A stretch of DNA of 43,546 nt from Gemmatimonadota bacterium (lineage in GTDB: Bacteria > Gemmatimonadota > Gemmatimonadetes > Gemmatimonadales > GWC2-71-9): assembly GCA_050264615.1 (NCBI GenBank), contig JBLNGI010000320.1, forward strand, positions 1 to 43,546, read 5' to 3'. The notes beneath the pieces are model-generated. The model did no database searches, was not told where the DNA came from, and saw only the letters and a program-made list of their open reading frames with translations. The position numbers were made by a program, and so were the translations under genes. Below are positions 19,333-30,951 of this stretch, piece after piece (the stretch's first letter is position 1; each line of letters begins with the position of its first letter).

Positions 19333-21098
19333 GTGACTCGGACAACCCAACGAACCCATCGCTGCGGCGAGCTTCGCAAGGAGCACGTCGGGCAGCAGGT
19401 GAAATTGGGCGGCTGGGTACACCGGCGCCGCGACCTCGGCGGGATCGTCTTCCTCGATCTGCGCGACCGCGACGGCCTCATCCAGGTCGCGGTCGGTCCG
19501 GGGTGGTCCTCACCCGACATCCTGTCGCGTGCCCAAACGGTCGGTCCTGAAACCGTCCTCAGCGTCGAGGGCGACGTGGTGGCGCGCCCGCCAGCCATGC
19601 GCAATCCTGAGCTGGCGACGGGCGACGTCGAACTCCATGCGACGGCATTGCGAGTCGTGGGGCCTGCCGAGACGCCGGCGATTCCCGTGGCGCGCGGCAA
19701 GGGGGAAGAGCTGCCCGCCGAGGAGCTGCGGCTCAAGTATCGCCACCTCGATCTGCGGCGCCCCGAGCTCCAGGCCAACCTCATCATGCGTCACCGGCTG
19801 TTACAGCGGGCGCGCCGCGCCATGAGTGAGCTCGACTTTCTCGAAATCGAAACGCCGAATCTGACCAAGCCGACCCCGGAAGGGGCGCGCGACTATCTCG
19901 TGCCGTCGCGTGTGCATCCCGGCGAGTTCTATGCACTGCCGCAGTCACCCCAGATCTACAAGCAGCTGCTCATGGTCTCGGGGTTCGACCGCTACTTCCA
20001 GATCGCGCGCTGCTTCCGCGATGAGGATCTGCGGTTCGACCGGCAGCCCGAGTTCTCGCAGATCGACATCGAGGCGTCGTTCGTCGGCCAGGAGGACGTG
20101 CTCGGCTACGTCGAAACGGTGCTGGTCGCGCTGTGGGAGGAGGCGGGTCACACGATCCCGCGTCCGTTCCCCCGGCTCACCTGGCGTGAGGCGATGGAGC
20201 GCTACGGGACCGACAAGCCGGATCTGCGCTACGACTTTGCCATCGCCGACTGGACCGCCCAGGTCCAACCGCTCGCGGTGCCGTTCTTCCAGAGCGCGAC
20301 CAACGGGTCGCGCGTGCGCGGGATCGCGGTGCGGGGCGGCGGCACGCTGTCGCGCAAGGACGTCGATCAGCTCACCGAGGCTGCCAAGACGCACGGCGCG
20401 CCCGGGCTCGCCTGGGTGAAGCGCCAGGGCGAGCAGGTGTCCGGCTCCGTCGGCAAACACTTCACGGCGGACGCCCTGGGCCGAATCGGCGTCGGCGATG
20501 GCGACGTCGCATTGATGACGGTCGGCCCTGATCGCGTCACGTCGCCGGCGCTCGACAAGGTGCGCCAGGAAGTCATCAAACGGCTCGGTCCGGCGCCGAA
20601 GCTGGCGCACGCGTTCTGCTGGGTGGTGGACTTTCCGTTGTTCGAGCCCGATCCAGAGACCGGCAAGCCGGTCTTTGCCCACCATCCGTTTACGTCGCCG
20701 CATCCGGACGACCTCGGCAAGCTCGACAGCGAGCCGTTCGCCTGCCGCGCGCTGCACTACGATGCGGTCTACAACGGCAACGAGCTCGGCTCGGGCTCCA
20801 TCCGCATCACGGACCCGGCGGTGCAACGGACCGTGTTCCGCCATCTGGGACTTTCGAACCCGGAGATCGACGCGCGGTTCGGGTTCCTGTTGACCGCGCT
20901 CGCCGCGGGCGCGCCGCCGCACGGCGGCTTCGCCGTGGGGTTCGACCGCGTCGCGATGCTGCTCGCGGGCGCGGGCTCATTGCGGGACGTGATCGCGTTC
21001 CCCAAGACAACCGCGGCGCGTGCCCTGTTCGAGGGCGCTCCGGCGCCGGCCCGGCCGGACGATCTCGCCGCACTCCACGTCAAGGTGGTGCCCCCCTC

Positions 21099-21102
<4 letters not shown>
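19333..21102 (+). CDS. aspS: aspartate--tRNA ligase
   Basis: RTHRCGELR N-terminus just after GTG 19333. FRDEDLRFDRQPEFSQID (class II motif 2) and GGFAVGFDR (motif 3). Confidence 0.93.
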
Positions 21103-22055
<953 letters not shown>

Positions 22056-24230
22056 ATGAACGTCCCGCGCGAGAAGGTCCGGTATCATGTCGCACGCTGG
22101 GTGTGGGTGCCCATCCTGGCTTTGGTGGCGCACGTCGCGTTTCCGTCCAGCGCCGCCGACGTGGCGCCGCTGCTCGAGCCGGGCGCGCAGGCCGACGAGG
22201 AAATCATCGCGCCGTTCAACTTCGTGGTGAGCAAGTCGGAAGACGAGCTGCAGCGCGAGGCCGAGGAGCTGGCCGCGTCCGCCAAGCCGATCTACGAGTT
22301 CCGCCAGCGCGCCTACGACAGTACCGCCACGGCCATGGCGGCGTTCTTCGTCGCGGTGGATGCGGCGGCCGACCAGGGCGCGCCAGCCATCATCAGCGCA
22401 GCCGGCGAGTTCGGTGTGCCCGTGACGCTCCAGGAAGCGGCGTATCTGGCGAAAGGTGGGAAGCGCCGGGCGGTCCAGCAGGCGCTCGGGCGCCTGTTCG
22501 ACCGGACCCTGGCGCAGGGTGTGACCGGTCCCGGCGTGCTGCAGGTCGAGCAGTCCCGCGAACTGATCGTGCGGCGCGGCTCGACGGAGTCGTCGGTGCA
22601 GCGCGATCAGGTTCTGACTTTCGCGCAATACCTGAGCCGGGCCAAGCAGCTGCACCCCGATGCCGGTTCGAGCGTGGGCGACGTGCTGTACCTGAAACTG
22701 GTGCGCCAGTTCTTCCGCCCCACGCTGATTCCGAAACAACTCGAGACCGAGCGGCGCCGCAACGAGCTGCGCGGCAGCGTCGATCCGAGCAAGTACATCG
22801 TGCGCGCGGGCGACCGGATCGTGGCGCCGCACGAAGTCGTGACCAACGAAGCCCACGAACGGCTCGTCGCGCTGCATCAGGAGCTGCTGCGGCGCGGCGC
22901 GGCGACGACCTACTCGATCCGCGGCGTGCTCGGACCGCTGCTGCGCGACTCGTTGATCATCGCGATTTTCTGGGTGCTGCTGGTGTTCTACCGCCGCGAG
23001 ACCTACCGCGACACCAATCAGGTGGCGCTGATCGGTGGACTGTTCGCGCTGCTGCTCACCCAGGCGGGCCTCGTCGCCCGGTCGTATCCGGCGCATCCCG
23101 AAGTCGTCTTCCTGCCGTTCCTCGCGATGATGATGACGGTGCTGTTCAACGGGCGGGTCTCGATGATCGCCGCGATGATCCTCGCCGTCGTCGTCGGACA
23201 GCAGCCGGTCTTCCATGACGTCCCGGCGACGTTCTTGTGTGTCGTCGGCGGGGTCACCGCCGCGCTGTCGGTGAAGACGCTGCGCAGCCGCAGCAACTTC
23301 TACGCGCCCGTGCTGATCATTGCCGGCGGCTATCTGCTCGGGGCGCTCGCCCTCGGGCTCGCGAGCGGGTGGCGGATCGAGGAAATCGGTCTGCGCGGCC
23401 TGTTGGGCGCGCTGAACGGCCTCGTGTCGGCGGGTCTCACCTTCTTCCTGCTGCCGGTCGCCGAGTCGGTCACGCATATCACGACCGACCTCACGCTGCT
23501 CGAGCTGTCGGACCCGAGCCGGCCCCTGCTGCGGCGCCTGTCACTCGAAGCGCCGGGCACGTACGCGCACAGCGTGGCGATGGCCAACCTGGTGGAAGCC
23601 GCCTGCAACCGGATCGGCGCGAACGGGCTGCTGGGCCGCGTCGGGTGCTATTACCACGACATCGGCAAGGTGAAGAATCCGATGTATTTCGTGGAGAATC
23701 AGATCCCCGGCAACAATCCGCACGACCGGCTGAAGCCGCTGCAGTCGGCGCAGATCATCAAGGCGCACGTCACCGACGGCCTCGCGCTCGCCGCGGGAGC
23801 CCAGCTGCCCGACTCCGTGGCCGCGTTCATTCCCGAGCACCACGGGACCACGGAGATCACCTACTTCCTCGACAAGGCGAAGAAGACGGACGGCGGGCAG
23901 GCCCGCAATCCGGACGACTTCCGGTATCCCGGGCCCAAGCCCCGGTCCATGGAGACGGCGATCTCGATGATCGCGGACTCCGTCGAGGCGGCGCTGCGCG
24001 TGCTGGAGGATCTGACGCCGCAAAAGATCGAAGAAGCCATCGATCACATCGTCCGGACCAAAGTGAATGCCGGGCAGCTCGACGAAGCGCCGCTCACGCT
24101 GCAGCAGATGGAGCAGGTGAAGGCCGCATTTCTGATCGTGTTGAGCGGGATGTACCACAACCGCATCGATTACCCGGAGTCCAGCGGCGGCATTGGTGCG
24201 GCCTGGCAGCCCACGGCAACCGCGCACTGA
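22056..24230 (+). CDS. pgpH: 7TM-receptor HD phosphohydrolase (PgpH/YqfF family, c-di-AMP phosphodiesterase-like)
   Basis: 724-aa ORF. Extracytoplasmic N-domain, 7 TM block, HSVAMANL...YYHDIGK...PEHHGT. Conserved phoH-pgpH-ybeY order. Confidence 0.8.
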   Translation: MNVPREKVRYHVARWVWVPILALVAHVAFPSSAADVAPLLEPGAQADEEIIAPFNFVVSKSEDELQREAEELAASAKPIYEFRQRAYDSTATAMAAFFVAVDAAADQGAPAIISAAGEFGVPVTLQEAAYLAKGGKRRAVQQALGRLFDRTLAQGVTGPGVLQVEQSRELIVRRGSTESSVQRDQVLTFAQYLSRAKQLHPDAGSSVGDVLYLKLVRQFFRPTLIPKQLETERRRNELRGSVDPSKYIVRAGDRIVAPHEVVTNEAHERLVALHQELLRRGAATTYSIRGVLGPLLRDSLIIAIFWVLLVFYRRETYRDTNQVALIGGLFALLLTQAGLVARSYPAHPEVVFLPFLAMMMTVLFNGRVSMIAAMILAVVVGQQPVFHDVPATFLCVVGGVTAALSVKTLRSRSNFYAPVLIIAGGYLLGALALGLASGWRIEEIGLRGLLGALNGLVSAGLTFFLLPVAESVTHITTDLTLLELSDPSRPLLRRLSLEAPGTYAHSVAMANLVEAACNRIGANGLLGRVGCYYHDIGKVKNPMYFVENQIPGNNPHDRLKPLQSAQIIKAHVTDGLALAAGAQLPDSVAAFIPEHHGTTEITYFLDKAKKTDGGQARNPDDFRYPGPKPRSMETAISMIADSVEAALRVLEDLTPQKIEEAIDHIVRTKVNAGQLDEAPLTLQQMEQVKAAFLIVLSGMYHNRIDYPESSGGIGAAWQPTATAH

Positions 24231-24237
24231 GCCGCTG

Positions 24238-24585
24238 ATGCGAGTCGCACGGCGAGTCCTCGAATGGGAACGCGCGCCGGCGGGGTCCCACATCGACATC
24301 ACCCTGCTCGCCCCGGCGGCGATGCGGCGCGTGAACCGCCGCGCGACCGGCCGCCGCGGGCTGACCGACGTGATCGCCTACGCGTTGCCGCAGCCCGACG
24401 GACGCCTGCTCGGCGACGTCTACATTTCGCCCGACGCGGCGGGCTTCGGCCGCGAAGAGCTGATCCGGCTCGCCGTGCATGGAACGCTGCACGTCCTGGG
24501 ATACGACCACCCCGAAGGCGCCGGAAGGACGCGCTGCCGGATGTGGCGGGTCCAGGAACGCTACGTCAAGAAACTCCTCCGCTGA
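24238..24585 (+). CDS. ybeY: rRNA maturation endoribonuclease YbeY
   Basis: HGTLHVLGYDH zinc motif. ATG at 24238, about 115 aa. Confidence 0.88.
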   Translation: MRVARRVLEWERAPAGSHIDITLLAPAAMRRVNRRATGRRGLTDVIAYALPQPDGRLLGDVYISPDAAGFGREELIRLAVHGTLHVLGYDHPEGAGRTRCRMWRVQERYVKKLLR

Positions 24586-25760
24586 TGCTCACTGAAGCCG
24601 CGTTGCGGATCATCGGCCTCGTCGTCGCCGTGGGCGCCGGCGTGTGGGCGGCGCTCCTGGCCCTCGCCGAAGAAGCGGCCATCGGGGAAAGCCTGCATAC
24701 CCTGGGTGACGCGCCGCCCATCGCCACCGAGCGGCGCGTGCCGCTGCACCGCGCCATGCACGTCGCCCGTCTCGCGCTGCTCATCCTGGGCGCCGTGGCG
24801 ACGTCGAACGCCGTCGCCTGGTGGACACGCCCGTGGCTCGAAGCGCTCGGAACGCTGCTCATCGGCACGCTGCTCCTGTTCGTCGTCGGTGACGCGCTGC
24901 CGCGCAGCGTGGCACGGCTCGCTCCGGAGCTTTCGGAAGCATCGCTGCCGCTCGCCCGGCGGACCCTGGCCCCGTTTGGCGCGCTCCTCTGGCTGCTGGC
25001 ATGGGCGGACCGCGGACTGCACGCCCTCGTCGACACGCCGCGGCCGCTGCAGCCGGACCTCGGCACGGCGCAGCGCGACATGCTGCTCGGCGTGTTCACG
25101 CTCGCCGATACCACGGTGGACGAAGTCATGACGCCGCGCCTCGACATGACGAGTGTCGATGTGTCGGCGGCGATCGAAGAAGTCCTCGACACGTTCAAGC
25201 AGAGCCAGCACACGCGCCTGCCGGTGCTCGACGGCTCGCCGGACAACGTCAGCGGTGTGCTGTTCGGCAAGGACCTGGTGTCGATCGCGATGGGGCTCGC
25301 GGAGCAGGGGACGCAATGGCAGACCCTGGTGCGGCCGGCGGCGTTCGTGCCCGAGACCAAGACGCTCGACAACCAGCTGCGGGACTTCCAGGGGACACCC
25401 GCGCACATCGCGATTGTGGTCGACGAATTCGGGGGCACGTCTGGCCTGATCACGCGCGAAGACATCCTCGAGGAAATCGTCGGGGAGATCCGGGACGAAC
25501 ACGATACGGAAACGGCACCAGCGATCCGGCAGGACGGTGGCCGCGTCTGGGTGGACGGCCGCGTGAGTCTCGACGAGCTCTCGGCGGCGTTGGGCACCAC
25601 CATCGCGCACGCCGAAGTGTCCACGGTGGGCGGCCTCGTCTACTCGGTCCTGGGGCGCGTGCCGCGGCCCGGCGATGAGCTGACGCTCGACGGCTACCGC
25701 GTCGTGGTCGAGCGCGTGGACCAGCGGCGCGTCACGCAGGTCTCGTTCGAGAAGCGATGA
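24585..25760 (+). CDS. CNNM/CorC/TlyC-family protein (DUF21-CBS pair-CorC_HlyC)
   Basis: ATG at 24585 (TGATG junction with ybeY). TM N-domain, VMTPR, VVDEFGGTSGLITREDILEEIVGEI, and a C-terminal CorC_HlyC-like domain. Confidence 0.85.
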   Translation: MLTEAALRIIGLVVAVGAGVWAALLALAEEAAIGESLHTLGDAPPIATERRVPLHRAMHVARLALLILGAVATSNAVAWWTRPWLEALGTLLIGTLLLFVVGDALPRSVARLAPELSEASLPLARRTLAPFGALLWLLAWADRGLHALVDTPRPLQPDLGTAQRDMLLGVFTLADTTVDEVMTPRLDMTSVDVSAAIEEVLDTFKQSQHTRLPVLDGSPDNVSGVLFGKDLVSIAMGLAEQGTQWQTLVRPAAFVPETKTLDNQLRDFQGTPAHIAIVVDEFGGTSGLITREDILEEIVGEIRDEHDTETAPAIRQDGGRVWVDGRVSLDELSAALGTTIAHAEVSTVGGLVYSVLGRVPRPGDELTLDGYRVVVERVDQRRVTQVSFEKR

Positions 25761-26944
25761 GCGTCGCCCTCGCCGTCCTCCTGATTGGCCTGTTCGTGGC
25801 CGGCGTCTCGGCGGCGGTCGGCGTGGCGGCCGCTGCGGTCAGCCAGCACGACCTGACGCGTTGGGTCGCGTACAAGCTGCGCGGTTCCGCGGCCACCGCC
25901 GGCCTGCTGCAGAACCCCGAGCGTACCCTCGCGACGGCGAACACGCTGACGACGCTGGGCGTACTGCTGGCCGCGGGCGGCATTCCCGCGTTGCTCGCCG
26001 CCACGACGCCAACGTTCCTCGGGATCTTCACGGTGACGGTCGGCGTGCCGTTGTTCATCAGCGCCGCGTACCTCGTGCCGCGGGTCGTGGGGCGGCGCTG
26101 GGCGGAGTCGCTCGTGGCGCGGGCCGTGCCGTGGATGGAGCGGTTCGGCGCGCTCCTGGCGCCGTTCATTCCCCGACGCGAGCGGTCCACCAGGACGACG
26201 CTGGCGGCGCTGCTGTCGAGCGATACCGCCACTCTCGCGGCCACCGATGAGATGGCGGTCGTATCCGGAGTGCTCGCGTTTTCAGACCGCCCCGTGCGGG
26301 AGCTGATGACGCCGCGCACGGCGATCGTGGCATTTCCCGAGGGCATGCCGGCCGCCGAAGCCGCGCATGTCCTCCAGCAATCGGGCTACAGCCGCTACCC
26401 GGTGTACCGAGGTTCACTCGATGAGGTTGTAGGCGTCGCGCACACGCTCGATTTGCTGGGGCGCCAGCCGGAGGATCCGGTCCTGGTGCACCCGCCGCTC
26501 ACGGTCCCCGGCACGAGGCGCGCGGCGGACCTCATGCTCGAGATGCAGCGTGGCGGACGTCACCTGGCCGTCGTGCTGGACGAGTTCGGCGGCACGGCCG
26601 GGCTGGTCACGTTCGAGGACCTCCTGAACGATCTGGTGAGCGAGCTGTTCGCGCCTTCGCCCGCGGCGCTGCCGGCGGCGGGGCGCGTGATCGAGGTCGA
26701 AGGCAATGCGCTCGCGACCGAGCTGGTCGAGAAACTCGGTGTGACACTCTCGAGCACCGGGACCACCCAGACGGTGGCGGGCCTGCTCATTCAGGTGCTG
26801 GGCCGAATCCCCCGGACGGGCGAGCGGTTCGCATTTCAGGGACTCGAATTCGACGTGCTCGCGGCCAGTGCCACGCGCGTCGAGCGGATTGCCGTGCGCG
26901 TCGGTCCGGTCCGCACGGTCACCCTGGGAGGGGCTCATGATTGA
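25757..26944 (+). CDS. second CNNM/CorC/TlyC-family protein (tandem paralog)
   Basis: 395-aa ORF with ATGA overlap. LMTPR, VLDEFGGTAGLVTFEDLLNDLV, and a CorC_HlyC-like C-terminus. Confidence 0.85.
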   Translation: MSVALAVLLIGLFVAGVSAAVGVAAAAVSQHDLTRWVAYKLRGSAATAGLLQNPERTLATANTLTTLGVLLAAGGIPALLAATTPTFLGIFTVTVGVPLFISAAYLVPRVVGRRWAESLVARAVPWMERFGALLAPFIPRRERSTRTTLAALLSSDTATLAATDEMAVVSGVLAFSDRPVRELMTPRTAIVAFPEGMPAAEAAHVLQQSGYSRYPVYRGSLDEVVGVAHTLDLLGRQPEDPVLVHPPLTVPGTRRAADLMLEMQRGGRHLAVVLDEFGGTAGLVTFEDLLNDLVSELFAPSPAALPAAGRVIEVEGNALATELVEKLGVTLSSTGTTQTVAGLLIQVLGRIPRTGERFAFQGLEFDVLAASATRVERIAVRVGPVRTVTLGGAHD

Positions 26945-28319
26945 GCCGGATCTGAGACTCGACGAGCTGAAGGAGCTTGCCGAGCAAGACGATCTCACTC
27001 CCTTCCTGCAGCGCGCCCGCCACGTTCATCCATCCGATCTCGCCGACGTCCTCGCGGCGCTCGCGGAGCCGACGCGGGTCCGCGTCATTTCGGAGCTGCC
27101 GACCGAAGTCGCATCGAGCGCGCTCGCCGAAATGGAAGCGGCCGAGCACCCGGAGGAGATGTTGCTGGCCGTGGGTCCCGAGTATGCGGCCGAGCTCGTC
27201 GAGGAGCTGCCCACGGACGACGCGGCCGATCTCGTCGCGGAGCTGACCGCGGGCGAGCGCGAAGCGGTGCTGTCGGCAGTCGCAGACCGCGCGGACGTCG
27301 ATCAGCTTCTCAAATATCCGGAGGATTCGGCCGGCGGCCTCATGTCGACGGACGTCGTCACCGTGCGCGAAAACGCCACGCTGAACGAAGCGATCGAAGC
27401 GCTCCGGACGCAGTGTGCCGAGGACGAGAGCCAGCTCTTTCAGGTCTACGCCGTGGATGCGGCCGGCACGCTGCGCGGCGTCGTGCCGATCTCGCGCTTG
27501 ATCGTCTCCTCGCCGACGCGCCTGGTGCGGGACGTGATGGAGCCGCCGGTCGTGCAGGTCGAGCCTCAGCAGGATCAAGAGGAAGTCGCCCGGCTGATGG
27601 CGCGCTACAACGTGGCGGCGGTGCCCGTCGTGGACCCGCGCAGCCACCTGCTGGGGCGGATCACGTTCGACGACGTCGTCGATGTGGTTGAAGCCGAGAC
27701 CACCGAGGACATCCTGAAGTTCGGCGGCATGGAGGCGCTCGACGCGCCATACCTCAAGGTGGCGTTCGGGCGCATGGTGCGAAAACGCGCCGGCTGGCTC
27801 GCGGCGCTGTTCATCGGCGAAATGCTCACGGCGACCGCGATGGCGTTCTTCGAGCAGGAGATCGCCAAGGCCGTCATCCTGGCGCTGTTCGTGCCGCTGA
27901 TCATCTCGAGCGGCGGCAACTCGGGCTCGCAGGCCTCCACGCTCGTGATTCGCGCGATGGCGCTCGGCGAGGTGCAGCTGCGCGACTGGTGGCGCGTCAT
28001 CCGGCGCGAGCTGGCGGCCGGCCTGGTGCTCGGGCTGGTCCTCGGCGCGATCGGGTTCTTGCGGATCACGCTGTGGCATTCGATCACCGGCATCTATGGC
28101 GAGCACTATCTGCTGGTCGCATTCACCGTGTTCGGCAGCCTGATCGGCGTAGTGACGTTCGGAACGCTGTGCGGCTCGCTGCTGCCGTTCGTGCTGCGGA
28201 GGCTCGGATTCGATCCGGCCAGCGCGTCCGCGCCGTTCGTCGCGACACTCGTGGACGTCACCGGCTTGGTCATCTACTTCACCGTCGCGAGCTTTATCCT
28301 GCGCGGAACCCTCCTGTGA
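26937..28319 (+). CDS. mgtE: magnesium transporter MgtE
   Basis: ATG at 26937. MgtE N-domain (HPSDLADVL), CBS pair, and TM domain with PLIISSGGNSGSQAST. Confidence 0.92.
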   Translation: MIEPDLRLDELKELAEQDDLTPFLQRARHVHPSDLADVLAALAEPTRVRVISELPTEVASSALAEMEAAEHPEEMLLAVGPEYAAELVEELPTDDAADLVAELTAGEREAVLSAVADRADVDQLLKYPEDSAGGLMSTDVVTVRENATLNEAIEALRTQCAEDESQLFQVYAVDAAGTLRGVVPISRLIVSSPTRLVRDVMEPPVVQVEPQQDQEEVARLMARYNVAAVPVVDPRSHLLGRITFDDVVDVVEAETTEDILKFGGMEALDAPYLKVAFGRMVRKRAGWLAALFIGEMLTATAMAFFEQEIAKAVILALFVPLIISSGGNSGSQASTLVIRAMALGEVQLRDWWRVIRRELAAGLVLGLVLGAIGFLRITLWHSITGIYGEHYLLVAFTVFGSLIGVVTFGTLCGSLLPFVLRRLGFDPASASAPFVATLVDVTGLVIYFTVASFILRGTLL

Positions 28320-28345
28320 CCCGCGTGCCGCCGTTATCCTTACAT

Positions 28346-29389
28346 ATGCGACTCGATGCGGTGTTGGCGGGACTCGAGCGCGGCGACACCGCCGCGCTGG
28401 CGCGCGCCATCAGCCTCGTCGAGAACCAGCGCGAGGGTTTCGAGCAGCTGCTCTCGGAGCTGTATCGCAAGATCGGCAACCCGGAGGCGCAGCGGATCGG
28501 GATCACGGGACCTCCCGGCGCCGGCAAGAGTACGCTCACGGAGCAGCTGGTCCGCGCATATCGCGAGCAGGGTCTCAAAGTCGCGGTCGTCGCCGTCGAC
28601 CCCACCAGCCCGTTCACCGGGGGCGCGCTCCTGGGCGACCGGATCCGCATGGAATCCGTCAGTCTCGATCCCGGGGTCTTTATTCGTTCGATGGCGACGC
28701 GCGGTGCCCAGGGGGGCCTCGCCACCACGACGGAAGAAGTCGCGGACGTGCTGGAGGCGTTCGGCTTCGAGCGGATCCTGATCGAAACCGTCGGCGTGGG
28801 TCAGACCGAGCTGGACGTGGCGGCCACGGCGGAGACCACCGTCCTGGTCCTGGTCCCCGAGTCCGGCGACGGCATCCAGACGCTCAAGGCTGGAGTCATG
28901 GAGATCGCCGAGCTATACGTGATCAACAAGAGCGATCGGCCGGGGGCCGACAAGCTGAAGACCGAAGTCGAGGTGATGCTTGGTATCCGAAAGGGCAATG
29001 CGTTCGTGAATGCGAGACCGCATCATGGACGGTTGGAAGGTGAGAAGGTTGGACGGAAACACCTTCCAACCGTCCAACCTTCCAACGAATGGGAGTCCCC
29101 CGTTCTCACGACCGTAGCCTCGAAGGGCGAAGGAATCGCTGGGCTCGTAACGGCACTCGACCAGCACCATGAGTATCTCGAGCGCACGGGAAAGCTCGTG
29201 GAGCGACGGAAGCGGCGTTTAGCAGCCCGCACACGGGCCGTGGTGAACCGGGCGATTCGCCAGTGGGTATGGGACGAGACGAAAGCCGAAGACATGGTCG
29301 CGAGGCGGCTGGATGAGGTGGCCGCGGGTACGCGCAGCCCCTACGATGTCGCGGCCGAGGTCCTCCAGCAACTGAGGAATGGCAAATGA
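28346..29389 (+). CDS. meaB: methylmalonyl-CoA mutase-associated G3E GTPase (MeaB/ArgK)
   Basis: ATG at 28346. Walker [17 protein letters not shown], and NKxD (VINKSD). Carries a repeat-encoded insertion of about 20-25 aa before [11 protein letters not shown]. Confidence 0.88.
   Translation: MRLDAVLAGLERGDTAALARAISLVENQREGFEQLLSELYRKIGNPEAQRIGITGPPGAGKSTLTEQLVRAYREQGLKVAVVAVDPTSPFTGGALLGDRIRMESVSLDPGVFIRSMATRGAQGGLATTTEEVADVLEAFGFERILIETVGVGQTELDVAATAETTVLVLVPESGDGIQTLKAGVMEIAELYVINKSDRPGADKLKTEVEVMLGIRKGNAFVNARPHHGRLEGEKVGRKHLPTVQPSNEWESPVLTTVASKGEGIAGLVTALDQHHEYLERTGKLVERRKRRLAARTRAVVNRAIRQWVWDETKAEDMVARRLDEVAAGTRSPYDVAAEVLQQLRNGK
29027..29086. repeat. palindromic octamer-repeat element inserted in frame within meaB
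   Basis: GGAC GGTTGGAA GGTGAGAA GGTTGGAC GG - aaaca - CC TTCCAACC GTCCAACC TTCCAAC. There is a 13-bp perfect inverted repeat (29028-29040 / 29062-29074) and an alternative 12-bp one (29045-29056 / 29070-29081). The element is 60 nt, or 20 codons. Confidence 0.85.
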
Positions 29390-30948
29390 CGATCGAAAAG
29401 AAGCCCGTGTACACCCCGGCCGATCTCGACGGCTTCGACATCGACCGGCAGCTCGGCGGCGCGGGTGCGTATCCGTTCACGCGCGGCATTCACCCCACGA
29501 TGTACCAGGGCAAGCTCTGGACGATGCGCCAGTTCGCCGGCTTCGGCAGCGCGAGCGACACGAACCGGCGCTACAAGTTTCTGCTCGAGCATGGGCAGAC
29601 CGGCCTCTCGGTCGCGTTCGATTTCCCGACGTTGATGGGATACGACGCCGACCATCCGCGCTCCGAAGGCGAGGTGGGGAAGTGCGGGGTCGCGATTTCC
29701 TCACTCGCCGACATGGAGACCTTGTTCGACGGAATTCCCCTGGATCGGGTCTCCACCTCGATGACGATCAATGGCCCCGCGGCCATTCTGTTTTGCTTCT
29801 ACGTGGCAGCCGCCGAGAAGCAGGGGGTGCCGATCGCGAAGCTGCGCGGCACCGTGCAGAACGACATCCTCAAGGAATACATGGCCCAGCATGCCTGGGT
29901 CTATCCGGTCGAGCCCGCCCTCAAAGTCATCGTGGACATGTTCGAGTGGGGGTCGAAGCACACCCCGCTCTGGAATACGATTTCGATCTCGGGCTACCAC
30001 ATTCGGGAGGCCGGTGCGACGGCGGCGCAGGAGCTGGCGTTCACGCTCGCCAACGGCTTCACCTACGTCGAGCGTGGGATTGCGCGCGGCCTCGACATCG
30101 ACAGCTTCGCCGCGCGGCTGTCGTTCTTCTGGGACATCCACAACGACTTCTTCGAGGAGATCGCCAAGTTGCGCGCCGCGCGCCGGATCTGGGCGCGGCA
30201 CATGCGCGAGCGCTACCATGCGCGCGAGGCGCGTTCGTGGATGATGCGCTTCCATAGTCAGACGGCCGGCGTCACCCTCACCGCGCAGCAGCCGCTCAAC
30301 AACATCGTGCGGGTGGCCTATCAAGCCCTCGCAGCCGTGCTCGGCGGCACGCAGTCCCTCCATACCAATTCCCTCGACGAAACGCTGGCCCTGCCCACCG
30401 AACAGTCGGTGCAAGTCGCGCTGCGAACGCAGCAGATCCTGGCGCACGAGACCGGGGCCGCGGCAGTGATCGATCCGCTGGGCGGGTCGTACTACATCGA
30501 GGCGCTCACCGATCAGCTCGAGCGAGAGGCGGAAGCGTTGTTCGCCGAGATCAACTCGATCGGGGGAGTCGTCCGTGGGATCGAGACCGGCTGGTTCCAG
30601 CGGCAGATCGCTCACTCGGCCGCGGCCTTCCAGCGTCAGGTGGAGCTGGGCGAGAAGGTGATCGTCGGCGTGAATGACTTCCTGTCCGATGATGATCACC
30701 CCGTCGAAATCCTGAAGGTCTCGAACGATGCCGAAGCGGAACAACGCCGCCGGCTCGCGCGCCTGCGCGCCGAGCGGGACAACGAGCTGGTGGAGCGCCG
30801 CCTGGTCGCGTTGCGCCAGGCCGCGGAATCCGACCAGAACGTCATCGGCCCGATGCTGGACTGTGCGCGGGCCTATGGCACCCTGTACGAGATCCGCCAC
30901 GCGCTCGAACGGGTGTGGGGAGCCTACCGCGAACCGGTATTCTTTTAA
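29386..30948 (+). CDS. B12-dependent acyl-CoA mutase, large (catalytic, substrate-binding) subunit
   Basis: 520-aa [32 protein letters not shown] and [12 protein letters not shown] motifs of methylmalonyl/isobutyryl-CoA mutase. No B12 domain is present (split type). Confidence 0.88.
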   Translation: MTIEKKPVYTPADLDGFDIDRQLGGAGAYPFTRGIHPTMYQGKLWTMRQFAGFGSASDTNRRYKFLLEHGQTGLSVAFDFPTLMGYDADHPRSEGEVGKCGVAISSLADMETLFDGIPLDRVSTSMTINGPAAILFCFYVAAAEKQGVPIAKLRGTVQNDILKEYMAQHAWVYPVEPALKVIVDMFEWGSKHTPLWNTISISGYHIREAGATAAQELAFTLANGFTYVERGIARGLDIDSFAARLSFFWDIHNDFFEEIAKLRAARRIWARHMRERYHAREARSWMMRFHSQTAGVTLTAQQPLNNIVRVAYQALAAVLGGTQSLHTNSLDETLALPTEQSVQVALRTQQILAHETGAAAVIDPLGGSYYIEALTDQLEREAEALFAEINSIGGVVRGIETGWFQRQIAHSAAAFQRQVELGEKVIVGVNDFLSDDDHPVEILKVSNDAEAEQRRRLARLRAERDNELVERRLVALRQAAESDQNVIGPMLDCARAYGTLYEIRHALERVWGAYREPVFF

Positions 30949-30951
30949 CGC

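Noticed and set aside
27989-28345. Long N-terminal extensions suggested by the ORF track. Examples are meaB from 27989, carboxyltransferase from 32006, CorC from 24264, rlmN to 17993, ptsN from 18566, aspS from 19291, trpA from 10567, mgtE from 26868 and the LytR_C ORF from 16080.
   Set aside because: The extensions are Arg/Ala-rich, overlap the preceding well-supported gene in another frame, and lack homology-like sequence. Internal ATG/GTG/TTG starts give family-typical N-termini and 4-nt overlaps.
28320-29400. Cobalamin riboswitch upstream of meaB/mutase, and an M-box upstream of mgtE (about 26900)
   Set aside because: The intergenic space is 26 nt before meaB and nil before mgtE. No room exists for structured leaders of 100-200 nt.
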